Under the pieces are notes generated by a model, which saw only the letters and a program-made list of their open reading frames with translations, did no database searches and was not told where the DNA came from. A program made the translations under genes and the position numbers. A DNA stretch of 63,363 nt from an uncultured Pseudomonadales bacterium (GTDB lineage Bacteria; Patescibacteriota; Microgenomatia; UBA1400; PJMF01): positions 1 through 63,363 of the forward strand of contig CAZWWE010000005.1 in NCBI GenBank assembly GCA_964637295.1. The letters are read 5' to 3'. Positions within the stretch are counted from its first letter, which is position 1. Every line of letters begins with the position of its first letter. Positions 45,059 to 53,853 of the stretch are shown in pieces.

Positions 45059-46093
45059 ATGTCTCAAAAAACTTTTCACACCCCCTTTTTTGTCGATGAT
45101 CTGGCTTTAAAAAAAATTAAATTAGTGGCTGTCGCCTATTCACATGTAGATCGAGAAGATTTTCCAACGCAAGGAGCTTACGAAGCTGAAGTCGAAGTGG
45201 AAGATCGCGCCGAAGAAGTGATTGCTGAAGTGGCTAAATTAGGTGTGGCAGTCAAAGGCTATGCTGCCAATCAATATTTTTTGACCAATATTTTGGTGGA
45301 TAAACCAGATTTGGTTTTGAACTTAGTTGACACGGTGCGTGGCAAAGAAAGATTGCAGCCAGCTGTACCTGGAGCTCTAGAGCTATCAGCGATCAAATAT
45401 ACTGGCGCCGGTCTCAAAGGTCTAGTTCTAGGCAACGATCGCCATATGTTTAAACAAATGTTAATTGCTCATGACATTCCCACTCCAGCTTATAAATTTA
45501 TTAAAGACATGCGCTCCAAAATTCCCGCTGATTTGGGCTTGCCACTTATTATCAAACTTAATGAAAGTGGTGGCAGTGTCGGCATCGACAACAAAGCTGT
45601 CAAGGAAACCATTGAAGCTGCCACTAAAAAGATTGCCAAAATGATTGAGCAACATAAAATGCATGTCATCGCTGAGCAATTTATTGATGGACCAGAAATT
45701 ACTGCCGTTATTTATGATGATGGTCACAAAAAACATGTCTTTTTAGGTCAAAAAATGTTCCGCGTTAAACCAGATGGCAAACACGATTTCACTAGCCTAG
45801 AAAGTTATGACAACATCAAGTCATATTATTATAAAATTCCTAGCCAAGAAATTATTGACCGTATTACTCCTCTTGTGGTTAGAGCCTTTGAAACACTTGA
45901 CTATCGTGATTACGCAAAATTTGACATTCGTTATAATGAAGAAACTAAAACTCCCTATTTCATCGATTGCAACCCCAATACTGCTTTGGGACCAGACAAA
46001 GGCTTGCCCATGACTGAGGTGCTTTACACCCACGGCGTAGAGTTTACGCATCTGCTGAAAAGCTTGCTTTGCAAATATGCAGAAAAAATTTAA
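45059..46093 (+). CDS. D-alanine--D-alanine ligase-like ATP-grasp enzyme
   Basis: 344 aa. ATP-grasp pattern (PLIIKLNESGGSVGI, FIDCNPN Mg-binding motif). Confidence 0.75.
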   Translation: MSQKTFHTPFFVDDLALKKIKLVAVAYSHVDREDFPTQGAYEAEVEVEDRAEEVIAEVAKLGVAVKGYAANQYFLTNILVDKPDLVLNLVDTVRGKERLQPAVPGALELSAIKYTGAGLKGLVLGNDRHMFKQMLIAHDIPTPAYKFIKDMRSKIPADLGLPLIIKLNESGGSVGIDNKAVKETIEAATKKIAKMIEQHKMHVIAEQFIDGPEITAVIYDDGHKKHVFLGQKMFRVKPDGKHDFTSLESYDNIKSYYYKIPSQEIIDRITPLVVRAFETLDYRDYAKFDIRYNEETKTPYFIDCNPNTALGPDKGLPMTEVLYTHGVEFTHLLKSLLCKYAEKI

Positions 46094-46098
46094 CACTT

Positions 46099-46707
46099 AT
46101 GCAAGTTCATCAAATTACCCAAATTTCTGAATCGCATTGTGGAGCGGCAGTTTTACAGATGTTGCTGGAAACTATGGGTGTAACCACGGATCAAAACACG
46201 ATCGTCGCAGCAGCCAGAGCTGAAGACAGTATTGAAGAGCATGGCTTGAGAGTGGATCAATTGGCTGTTGCCGCTAATCGCCTTGCTCCACACTTAATTT
46301 TTTGGTACAAATATTATTCTTCACTGGAAGATTTAAAATATTTATTAGCAAAAAATATTGCAATCGGAGTGGAGTGGCAAGGTTTGTTTTATCAGTCCAT
46401 TGAAGAAGAAGAGGCCAATGAAGAAGATGGCGATTTTGGTCACTACAGCGTAGTTGCTTTTTACGATGAAGAATTACAACAGATCGTTTTAGTTGATCCT
46501 TACAAGGATTTTGCCCAGCAAAATCGAGTCTTTGCTCTCGATTTTTTTCTAGAACGCTGGTGGGACACCAATGAAATTATCGATCGCTACACCGGCAAAA
46601 AAGAAATTGTTGAAGATAACCGACTCTTATTTTTTTTAACCAATGAGGAAGAAATGCTTGATCCTAATCTGGGCTTCAAACAATTTAACACCATTGCCAA
46701 TATTTAA
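46099..46707 (+). CDS. papain-fold cysteine peptidase-like protein (C39-like / BtrH-N-like)
   Basis: Q-x6-SHCGAAVLQMLL, then GHYSVV and VDP, giving a Q/C/H/D arrangement. The track ORF overlaps the ATP-grasp gene; start set at MQVHQ. Confidence 0.6.
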   Translation: MQVHQITQISESHCGAAVLQMLLETMGVTTDQNTIVAAARAEDSIEEHGLRVDQLAVAANRLAPHLIFWYKYYSSLEDLKYLLAKNIAIGVEWQGLFYQSIEEEEANEEDGDFGHYSVVAFYDEELQQIVLVDPYKDFAQQNRVFALDFFLERWWDTNEIIDRYTGKKEIVEDNRLLFFLTNEEEMLDPNLGFKQFNTIANI

Positions 46708-46744
46708 GCATTTTGTGAAGCAAACTAAGAGCTCTTGATAAAAA

Positions 46745-47158
46745 TTAGAGCCTAATCAAGCTCAATCTCCACAACCAGGCAAGTAAATTGCTTCCTCCAT
46801 TGGCTAAATTAATAGCTTTTTTCAATTCATACTGACTAATAGTTTCATCTAGAGGCTCTCTTGCTGGAATATTGCCCGTGTAATATTTCTGCAATACCGT
46901 CAACGCTCTGCTATCACCGAATTGACCTAAGGCCCAAATAGCATGGTTTCTGGTTCTAAAGCCTTGTTTTTCATCATCAAGGGTCAACATCAAGGCTTCT
47001 ACACATTCATTTTTTTGATATTCCCATTTGGCTTCCTGACATAGTCTTTGAGCTTCGTGGCCAATCCAAACACCGATGATCATGAGAAATAATATAAAAA
47101 GACTAGCTCCTAAAACAAACAAATATAACATTTTAGCTTTAAGGTTTTTAATTATCAT
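46745..47158 (-). CDS. membrane-anchored HEAT-repeat protein
   Basis: TM anchor plus a HAIWALGQFGDSRALTVL HEAT-like repeat. Confidence 0.55.
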   Translation of the reverse strand: MIIKNLKAKMLYLFVLGASLFILFLMIIGVWIGHEAQRLCQEAKWEYQKNECVEALMLTLDDEKQGFRTRNHAIWALGQFGDSRALTVLQKYYTGNIPAREPLDETISQYELKKAINLANGGSNLLAWLWRLSLIRL

Positions 47159-47357
47159 TTGCTTCTCCTTCCTCTAGAAAAATCTCCTCTATTTTTACTT
47201 TAAAAAATCTGGAAATTTTAAAAGCTAGACTCAATGAAGGTAAATATTTATTAGCCTCAATGGCGATTACAGTTTGGCGACTCACCCCAATGTTTTCGGC
47301 TAATTGTTCTTGAGTTAGCTCATGTATCGCTCGATAAATTTTGAGCTTATTTTTCAT
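47148..47357 (-). CDS. XRE-family HTH transcriptional regulator
   Basis: 69 aa. LTQEQLAENIGVSRQTVIAIE HTH. Confidence 0.85.
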   Translation of the reverse strand: MKNKLKIYRAIHELTQEQLAENIGVSRQTVIAIEANKYLPSLSLAFKISRFFKVKIEEIFLEEGEANDN

Positions 47358-47770
47358 TGCTGCGTGCCTCCATATTTATGATTAAAAAAATGATAAGCAA
47401 AAGCGTAAAGAGCAATTAAAAATAAAGTCAAATAAGCAAAAAGCAGCCCTAAAGATTCTAAAAAGAGCCATTCACCTTGCTGAAAAATTGACCAACCACC
47501 CTTGGAAGGCAATAGCAATAAAAAAGCCGTAATTCCCAAAGTTTGAGTAAAAATGAGATAAGTCATTCTGGCGGCTTTTTCTTGCACCGCCAATTCTCGT
47601 TCATCCGTATTGATTTTGACTCTAGCACGAACAAAAAACATAAAAAGCATGCCGGTAAAAACTCCCGCTGCGGCTAAAAGATAGCTGTCTTTGGCAACAG
47701 CGATAGAAGTAATGATACCCACAAAAAAAGCCACCAACATTCTTAACTGTTTATATGTTTTTCTATTCAT
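47354..47770 (-). CDS. DUF2178-like membrane protein
   Basis: 4 TM helices. Classic pairing with the small XRE regulator. Start set downstream of the predicted promoter. Confidence 0.6.
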   Translation of the reverse strand: MNRKTYKQLRMLVAFFVGIITSIAVAKDSYLLAAAGVFTGMLFMFFVRARVKINTDERELAVQEKAARMTYLIFTQTLGITAFLLLLPSKGGWSIFQQGEWLFLESLGLLFAYLTLFLIALYAFAYHFFNHKYGGTQQ

Positions 47771-47779
47771 AGCAATCTC

Positions 47780-47808
47780 AATGTAATATAAATTTAACAT
47801 TATGTCAA
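47780..47808 (-). promoter_or_regulatory. sigma70-like promoter
   Basis: Minus strand TTGACA-17 nt-TACATT, 9 nt before the ATG at 47770. Confidence 0.5.
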
Positions 47809-47847
47809 CTATTTATTACATCAAGCTGAATTTTTGAAAAAATTGGC

Positions 47848-48096
47848 TTAGAGCTGCAAATAAGTGAGCAATTTAAACAGTAAGAGCGCTGGCCAAAAAA
47901 TTGCCTTGCCAATGCCAATCAACGCAGCTGAAAATGAACTAGCACTCTGTAAAAAATAAAACAAAGCACCAACTACTCCCAAACCATAAATGGCACTAGA
48001 ACTAGCACCATGATCATGGCGACCTCTACTGAATACTTGATCTGTACAACATTCTGAGGAACAATTTTCTTTTTTCATACGCTTAGTATAGCCCAA
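47848..48096 (-). CDS. small Cys-rich membrane protein
   Basis: 82 aa with 2 TM helices and an N-terminal CSSECC. Confidence 0.5.
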   Translation of the reverse strand: MGYTKRMKKENCSSECCTDQVFSRGRHDHGASSSAIYGLGVVGALFYFLQSASSFSAALIGIGKAIFWPALLLFKLLTYLQL

Positions 48097-48108
48097 TTAA
48101 GAAATATT

Positions 48109-50082
48109 TCACCAACACCACCATAAAAAGCACTTCTTTTTTACCTTTTGAACATCATCCTGGGTGTTTTCTTCTGTCACCGGCGCCTGAATTTGTTCGG
48201 TGCTTGTCTCTAGTGTTGGTTGCAAATCAGTGATCGACTCAGGCTTATTGTTAACTGCTAAATTGTTTTGCTGCCAAGCAGGAATTAAAGCCACAGGAGA
48301 AAAATTTTTATAATAAATTCTGGAGTCAGTTTTCACTTCCATGATGTTGCTCCAATCGCCAGCGGCACAACCATTTTGACCACGAACTTTAACATAGTAA
48401 GTAGTGTTGGGTCTTAAAAAATAAATCTGGTGCGATTGCACACCTTCGCGAGTAAGAGTGACTTGTTCACCATGTTCTTCAGCAGAGGAATTGCTGGCAA
48501 AACTCACAAAATAAGTGTCAGTGCTTGCTAAAGGTGTAAAAAAGAGCTTAGCACCAGTCAGAGTGGTGTTAATTTGAAATAAATCAGGCGCACCGGGTTT
48601 TTGTTTATTGCAAATAGAGGCAATTTTTCGGCCCGAACGACGCTGGCTGGCAATTGGAGTCGGTGTGGGCGTTGCTTGCTGATCGTTGTTATCAATATCC
48701 TCCCCAGGCATATCTCTTAGAGTCGGATAATCATTTTCATTTTCAAACCAAATAGTGGTGAAATCCCAGCCACTCAATGGCTCATTAGAGGCATCATGGA
48801 AATAAGAAAGCCCTTGTGTTGTTGAAATTGCTATATCATTGTCATCGCAATCTTCTCCATTGTGGCAAGCCAAATCAGAATTATGATCTGATTGATACCA
48901 ATAAACATTATCGATAGTCCAATCAAATAAATAATCTCCAAAGACTCCGCCAATCCAAGCACCAGAATCTAACAAAGTGATATCTCCAGTCGAAAATGAG
49001 TCATGAATGTCATCATTGCTAATACCACCCACAAGCCCACCAATGGTATAGAGTCCTTCTACATTGCCTGTAGCATAAGAGCTATAAATACTGCCCATAA
49101 ATTCACTGCCCAATAATCCCACTAAACCTCCAACAAATTGTCCCGTTGCACTCACGTTGGATCGAGAATAAGTGTCACGAATCGTCGTGCTTTGGGCCCA
49201 ACCAATCAGTCCGCCAACATAATTGCCGCCAGATATTAAGCCATTGTCGGCATATGATTTGGAAACTTCGCTTTCATTCATGTAACCAACCAGGCCACCA
49301 ATGCGATCCCCACTTTCAGTGATGGTAACAGTGGAATAAGAATTGCTAATGACGGTGGCATAAGCAGAACCAACTAGACCACCGGCATAGCCAACCATGG
49401 CACTAACTTCGCCCTCTGTATAAGATTGAGAAATCGTAGCGCCGCTTTCGTTTTCTCCTGAATAATTGGCACAACCGACTAGTCCGCCCACATAACGAAA
49501 TCCAGTAACGCTAGCGTTGACAGACGATTCAGAAATAGTGGTTGCTTCTTCAACATTGCCTACCAAACCACCTGTACATTCACTTCCCGCACCTTCGTTA
49601 GTCACCGTTCCTGAAAGACGTACGTTTTCAATCGTGCCTCCACTAGTTCTTTTGCTCAAACCAGCGACGTAGTAGCTATTTCCAGTGATGCTGACGTCAA
49701 CTAGAGACAAATTCTTAATTGTCGAACCTTCTAAGTCGCCAAACAAAGCTACGCCTTCAGAATCATTAACCATGACTAAATTTTGAATCTCATAATTCTG
49801 TCCATCAAAAGTACTAAGAGAAAAGTCATCACCAGAACTACAAATTGTTTGAAATTCTGCCCCAGGACCAGCCACTGTGGCATAATCAGCATCATCACTG
49901 GTTAAATTTCGAGTCAAAATATAACTAGCATTTTCACAGGGATAATTAGCATCATTGCCAATCAGTGCCAATTCTGTCCAACTATCAATTGCAATTTCGC
50001 CATCGGCTTTGACCAGCGGTGGGAGAAACAAAGTTATCAATAACAGAAAAAGCAATAATTTTTTCATAGCTGTTTTCATCAT
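48109..50082 (-). CDS. secreted GLUG-repeat protein with C-terminal FN3-like domain
   Basis: Signal peptide, more than 8 GGLVG/GGLIG repeats (GLUG motif), and a P/T linker. Confidence 0.75.
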   Translation of the reverse strand: MMKTAMKKLLLFLLLITLFLPPLVKADGEIAIDSWTELALIGNDANYPCENASYILTRNLTSDDADYATVAGPGAEFQTICSSGDDFSLSTFDGQNYEIQNLVMVNDSEGVALFGDLEGSTIKNLSLVDVSITGNSYYVAGLSKRTSGGTIENVRLSGTVTNEGAGSECTGGLVGNVEEATTISESSVNASVTGFRYVGGLVGCANYSGENESGATISQSYTEGEVSAMVGYAGGLVGSAYATVISNSYSTVTITESGDRIGGLVGYMNESEVSKSYADNGLISGGNYVGGLIGWAQSTTIRDTYSRSNVSATGQFVGGLVGLLGSEFMGSIYSSYATGNVEGLYTIGGLVGGISNDDIHDSFSTGDITLLDSGAWIGGVFGDYLFDWTIDNVYWYQSDHNSDLACHNGEDCDDNDIAISTTQGLSYFHDASNEPLSGWDFTTIWFENENDYPTLRDMPGEDIDNNDQQATPTPTPIASQRRSGRKIASICNKQKPGAPDLFQINTTLTGAKLFFTPLASTDTYFVSFASNSSAEEHGEQVTLTREGVQSHQIYFLRPNTTYYVKVRGQNGCAAGDWSNIMEVKTDSRIYYKNFSPVALIPAWQQNNLAVNNKPESITDLQPTLETSTEQIQAPVTEENTQDDVQKVKKKCFLWWCW

Positions 50083-50152
50083 ATAAATTCCGCTATAAAT
50101 TCTCTATGAACTTGTTAAAATAAAAATTGTGAACCAATTCACATGATAATTT

Positions 50153-50812
50153 ATGAAAAATAAAACAATCACTACTCACACCATTTTTCCATATTTTCAA
50201 AAAAACGGTTTGAAGATTAATTACAAAAAAGGTCATCAATTTTTTCGTCCAGAAGATAGCGCTCAAGGTATCTATTATCTTGAATCTGGTCAAGCGATGA
50301 TTACTTCAAGTAAAACCAATGGTACTGAACAAATTTTAGCGATCGGCGAAGCTGGGAGTATTTTTGGTAAAGTTGGTAGCGTTATGACCCAACCAACGGT
50401 TAATATTGCAGCACAAAGCATGACTGATTGCGTGGTTTATCGTTTGGGATGTCAAGAGTTTATGCAACTTATTAGTACTGAGCCTCTCGCCTGCAGTGCC
50501 TATATGCAGCAAGTCTCTTACAATAATGTCTACTTACTCTCACAAGTTCTCATTCTCGGAGAGAAAGATATTTATACTCGCATCATTACTGAATTATTAT
50601 TTCTCGCCAAATTTCATGGCGAGCAAATCGGTAAAACTTGTACCCTGCGAATTAATTTAACTCAAGAAGATTTGGCCAATATGCTTTGTATTTCTAGAGA
50701 ATACTTAAACAAAACTCTGCAAAAAATTAAACAAAAAAAATTAATCAGCAATCAAAAAGGACAAATGATCATTCCTAGTTTAATTGCCTTAAAAAAGGAA
50801 ATAAATGGGTGA
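50153..50812 (+). CDS. Crp/Fnr family transcriptional regulator
   Basis: cNMP-binding-like N-terminal domain and a C-terminal HTH (QEDLANMLCISREYLNKTL). Confidence 0.8.
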   Translation: MKNKTITTHTIFPYFQKNGLKINYKKGHQFFRPEDSAQGIYYLESGQAMITSSKTNGTEQILAIGEAGSIFGKVGSVMTQPTVNIAAQSMTDCVVYRLGCQEFMQLISTEPLACSAYMQQVSYNNVYLLSQVLILGEKDIYTRIITELLFLAKFHGEQIGKTCTLRINLTQEDLANMLCISREYLNKTLQKIKQKKLISNQKGQMIIPSLIALKKEING

Positions 50813-52085
50813 ACAAATGCTAACAGAGCGCAAATTTCTCTATCCCACAAATAATTTTTCTTTACCAAGAATTGCCATCGATCAAGAAGAAAGAAATCGT
50901 CAGGTTTTGGAACCAATCAGAATTACTCCAGAATTGTGGCAACAAGCACGGCAAATTGGCGAGCTTGTTTCAGGTTTGATTGATCAATTGCCTAATTTGT
51001 TAGCTAATTTTAAAAATGCACAAAATTTTTTTGGCCTCAGTAAAGAAATTTATCATCAAAGAGTAGAGCCTTTTTTAGAAACACCATTTCATGTTTTATA
51101 TTTTGGCGTAGATGCAGTCCTTTCCGATGGATCAATAAAAATTGTAGAAATTAATCCGCAGGCTGCTTCACTAGGAAGCTATGATCAATTAAATCAACAA
51201 CTGATTGGCGCAAATGATCCCAATGCAGAAATTAGTCCAAGCTTATTAGCTGCAATCAATCAACTTTTGCTTGCAGACACACAAGCTTTAGTCATTTCTC
51301 ATCCAAATAATGTTTTTCATCTCTATCACCAATTATTAGCCCAACAAATGCATTGTCGTATTGCCGCCTTGCAAGATTTAACTTGCACTGATCAAAATCT
51401 AGTCAGCTATCAAGGCAAAAAAGTTGGATTATTATTTAAACAATTTAGCAATCACAATTTATTTACCGAAACAATTTGTGCGTCAAATTTACTTAAAGCA
51501 ATTCAAACTGGCAAAGTATTAATTGCCAATAGTCCTCTTTTTCCTTTTTTTGGAGATAAAGTATTTTTAGCTAAGTTAGGCGAATTAGAGCCAGCTTTAC
51601 TTCCATATCTACCTGAAATGCGAGTCATTGGTCCGACGGAAGCCGGTGAGCTTTTTCAAGATCAAAACAATTGGTTAAAAGGAGATACTCGAGGAGGAAA
51701 AGAAATCACTTTAAACCTGGCAGAATATCGAGGCGGTTGGAAACAACGCGTCATCGAAGCATTGGTAAGAGGTGATTATGACACTGCTTTGCACAATATT
51801 CCCGAAGCTAGTCCAAGTAAAACTGTAGCTAGATTGAAAAGATACATTTTAGATTTGCGCGTATTTGGTCATCAATCGTGGCTTTTACAAAAACATTATC
51901 CCGCCCAACAAATCACAACCGCCGATGGTCAAAGCTTAAACACCTTAATGCGCATGTATTTTGTAAGAAATCCTGCAAATTTGGGAACGACTGAAGCAAA
52001 AACCACTACTTTTATTGAATTTTTTGCCAGTGCTCAAAATAGAGTGAGTGCGGCCGGCTATACTATTCCAGTGAGAAGCGCTTGA
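50805..52085 (+). CDS. hypothetical enzyme, possible circularly permuted ATP-grasp-like ligase
   Basis: 426 aa. An IVEINPQ (ExN-like) motif lies unusually near the N-terminus. Overlaps the crp-like gene. Confidence 0.35.
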   Translation: MGEQMLTERKFLYPTNNFSLPRIAIDQEERNRQVLEPIRITPELWQQARQIGELVSGLIDQLPNLLANFKNAQNFFGLSKEIYHQRVEPFLETPFHVLYFGVDAVLSDGSIKIVEINPQAASLGSYDQLNQQLIGANDPNAEISPSLLAAINQLLLADTQALVISHPNNVFHLYHQLLAQQMHCRIAALQDLTCTDQNLVSYQGKKVGLLFKQFSNHNLFTETICASNLLKAIQTGKVLIANSPLFPFFGDKVFLAKLGELEPALLPYLPEMRVIGPTEAGELFQDQNNWLKGDTRGGKEITLNLAEYRGGWKQRVIEALVRGDYDTALHNIPEASPSKTVARLKRYILDLRVFGHQSWLLQKHYPAQQITTADGQSLNTLMRMYFVRNPANLGTTEAKTTTFIEFFASAQNRVSAAGYTIPVRSA

Positions 52086-52090
52086 TAGAT

Positions 52091-52516
52091 TTATTTAGAA
52101 ACTGCTTTTTTTTGCAAAATTCGGTGAGCCAATAGAGGAGAAATGAATAGCGAGAGTAAGACAAAAATCCAAGTTTCTCCTCGCCAAAAATAGTATGTTT
52201 CCAGAGTTTGCTTCAAACTTAAACCACGCAAAAAAATGTTCATAAGACTCTCAAAACAAATGGTCATTAAAATCCATAACCACCCTGCTTGGATCAAATC
52301 TTTTTTGGTATACAAAGCTTTACTTTTTTTCAGAAATAAATAAATCGCCCCAAAGAACAATAAAATGCCAGTGAGCGAGCTGATTTGGTGAGCCCAAGCT
52401 CCTATCAAAGGCGTAAGTAGTGGCTTGTAGCCAATTTCTCTTAAAGTAGCATTGAACAAGGCCACAATTAATAAAACAAACCAAAAAAGCAGTGCTTGTT
52501 TATAAAAATTTTTCAT
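52091..52516 (-). CDS. membrane protein
   Basis: 141 aa with 4 TM helices. Confidence 0.6.
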   Translation of the reverse strand: MKNFYKQALLFWFVLLIVALFNATLREIGYKPLLTPLIGAWAHQISSLTGILLFFGAIYLFLKKSKALYTKKDLIQAGWLWILMTICFESLMNIFLRGLSLKQTLETYYFWRGETWIFVLLSLFISPLLAHRILQKKAVSK

Positions 52517-52686
52517 CGTTGATAAGAATCCTGATATTTTGTTACTGATTTAGCAATGCAGAAATTATGATTGATGCTTTTTTTCCACTCAGATAAATTT
52601 TCTGGAAGCGGATTAACTGTTAACTTTCCATATTTGCTTAAAAAATACTGATATGTTTTCTCGTCTGGAAAATTTAAGTCTTCCAT
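52513..52686 (-). CDS. small hypothetical protein (57 aa, below track cutoff)
   Basis: Manual translation MEDLNFPDEKTYQYF...QDSYQR. ATGA overlap with the downstream membrane-protein gene. Confidence 0.4.
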   Translation of the reverse strand: MEDLNFPDEKTYQYFLSKYGKLTVNPLPENLSEWKKSINHNFCIAKSVTKYQDSYQR

Positions 52687-52692
52687 AAACTA

Positions 52693-53048
52693 TCATTGGT
52701 CTCTCCTCATTCTCAAATATACTTTACCATTTTTAGCAGAAACTCTTTCTATTACTTTAAAACCCTTTTTTAGATATAAATTTACAGCAACGTGATTTGA
52801 TTCTTCAACTTCCAATGAGACTGTTCCACCAGCTTGTTCAATAGCTCTATCCAAAAGCCGGGAACCAACACCTCTGCCTCTATGTTCTTCTCCAACAAAT
52901 AAATTTCTTAAAAACCCCCCACTCCTTTTTTATTTTTTTCGACAGTAATCTCACCTAGATTACCACCCTCCCCATTTTCTTCAGTTATTATTACTTTTTT
53001 TGGATTATCACTATCCATAATTGTGTTAATTGTAGCAAAATTATCCAT
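52693..53048 (-). pseudogene. GNAT acetyltransferase, frameshifted in a homopolymer tract
   Basis: The N-terminal frame MDNFATIN...KKGVGGF stops. The C-terminal frame GGFLRNLFVGEEHRGRGVGSRLLDRAIE...RMRRDQ carries motif A. The junction is at the A5/C6 run, 52910-52920. Confidence 0.7.
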
Positions 53049-53221
53049 CAAATTTCTAGGTAATTAATCTCAGCTCGTGTCATCAGACTAAGCTGTCATG
53101 TTGAGGCTATATAAATAAAAAATGATATGTTAAGTTAAAATAACTATATTAAAAAAAGCTCGTTTTAGCGCACTATGTGAAAAATTATTTTAAAGACTTT
53201 CTCTGATTTTAGACTTGTAGT

Positions 53222-53737
53222 CTAAATTAGAGAGGAAATAGAAAAATCGAAACTTTGCAACACCTTATCAAAAACTTGCATCCTTTTAGATTCATTTTCG
53301 CCCTCAATAATTCCTATTTTCGAATAACCTATTTTTTCATAAAAGCCGTAAGCAGTTTTTCTATATTTTTCAGCGCTTCTAATCAATAGTTCAGAATATT
53401 CTTGTCTAATTGCTTGTTTTTCTATATATTTTACTAGTGATCTTCCAACCCCATTGCCTTGCATCCTTCTATCAAGGTATAAGATTTTAATTTCACCAGG
53501 ATTATCTGTCTTGGCAAATGGCAATATTTTGGGCAAAGGACTACACAGTCCAACAACACCGATTACCGTATCACCTTCTTTAGCAACCCAAAACTGCATA
53601 TTAAACTCAGTTTTGCCATGAATTTCATTGGAAATTCTAGAAATATACTTTTCAACTTCCTTGGTTTCATTCCACTGACTTAATATATTTTAAATTTGTT
53701 CTAAATCCTTAATTACAGGTTTTGTAATATTTGTCAT
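53222..53737 (-). pseudogene. GNAT acetyltransferase with in-frame TAA at codon 16
   Basis: MTNITKPVIKDLEQI-TAA-NILSQWNE...MQFWVAKEG is continuous in one frame. Motif A is QGNGVGRSLV. Confidence 0.65.
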
Positions 53738-53853
53738 AACAAATTCATTTTAACAAAAGGGGGGATGCAAATAAATAAAATGGTTAAAAAATCTGAGAGA
53801 TATTAAATGCCAAATTGGCTCCCTCTGTGGGACAGTATCCGAACGATTAGTCT

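Noticed and set aside
53690-53692. The in-frame TAA in the GNAT gene as evidence of stop-codon reassignment.
   Set aside because: It is a single occurrence. All other genes in the window terminate normally with TAA, TAG or TGA and show no internal stops, so a nonsense mutation is the simpler explanation.
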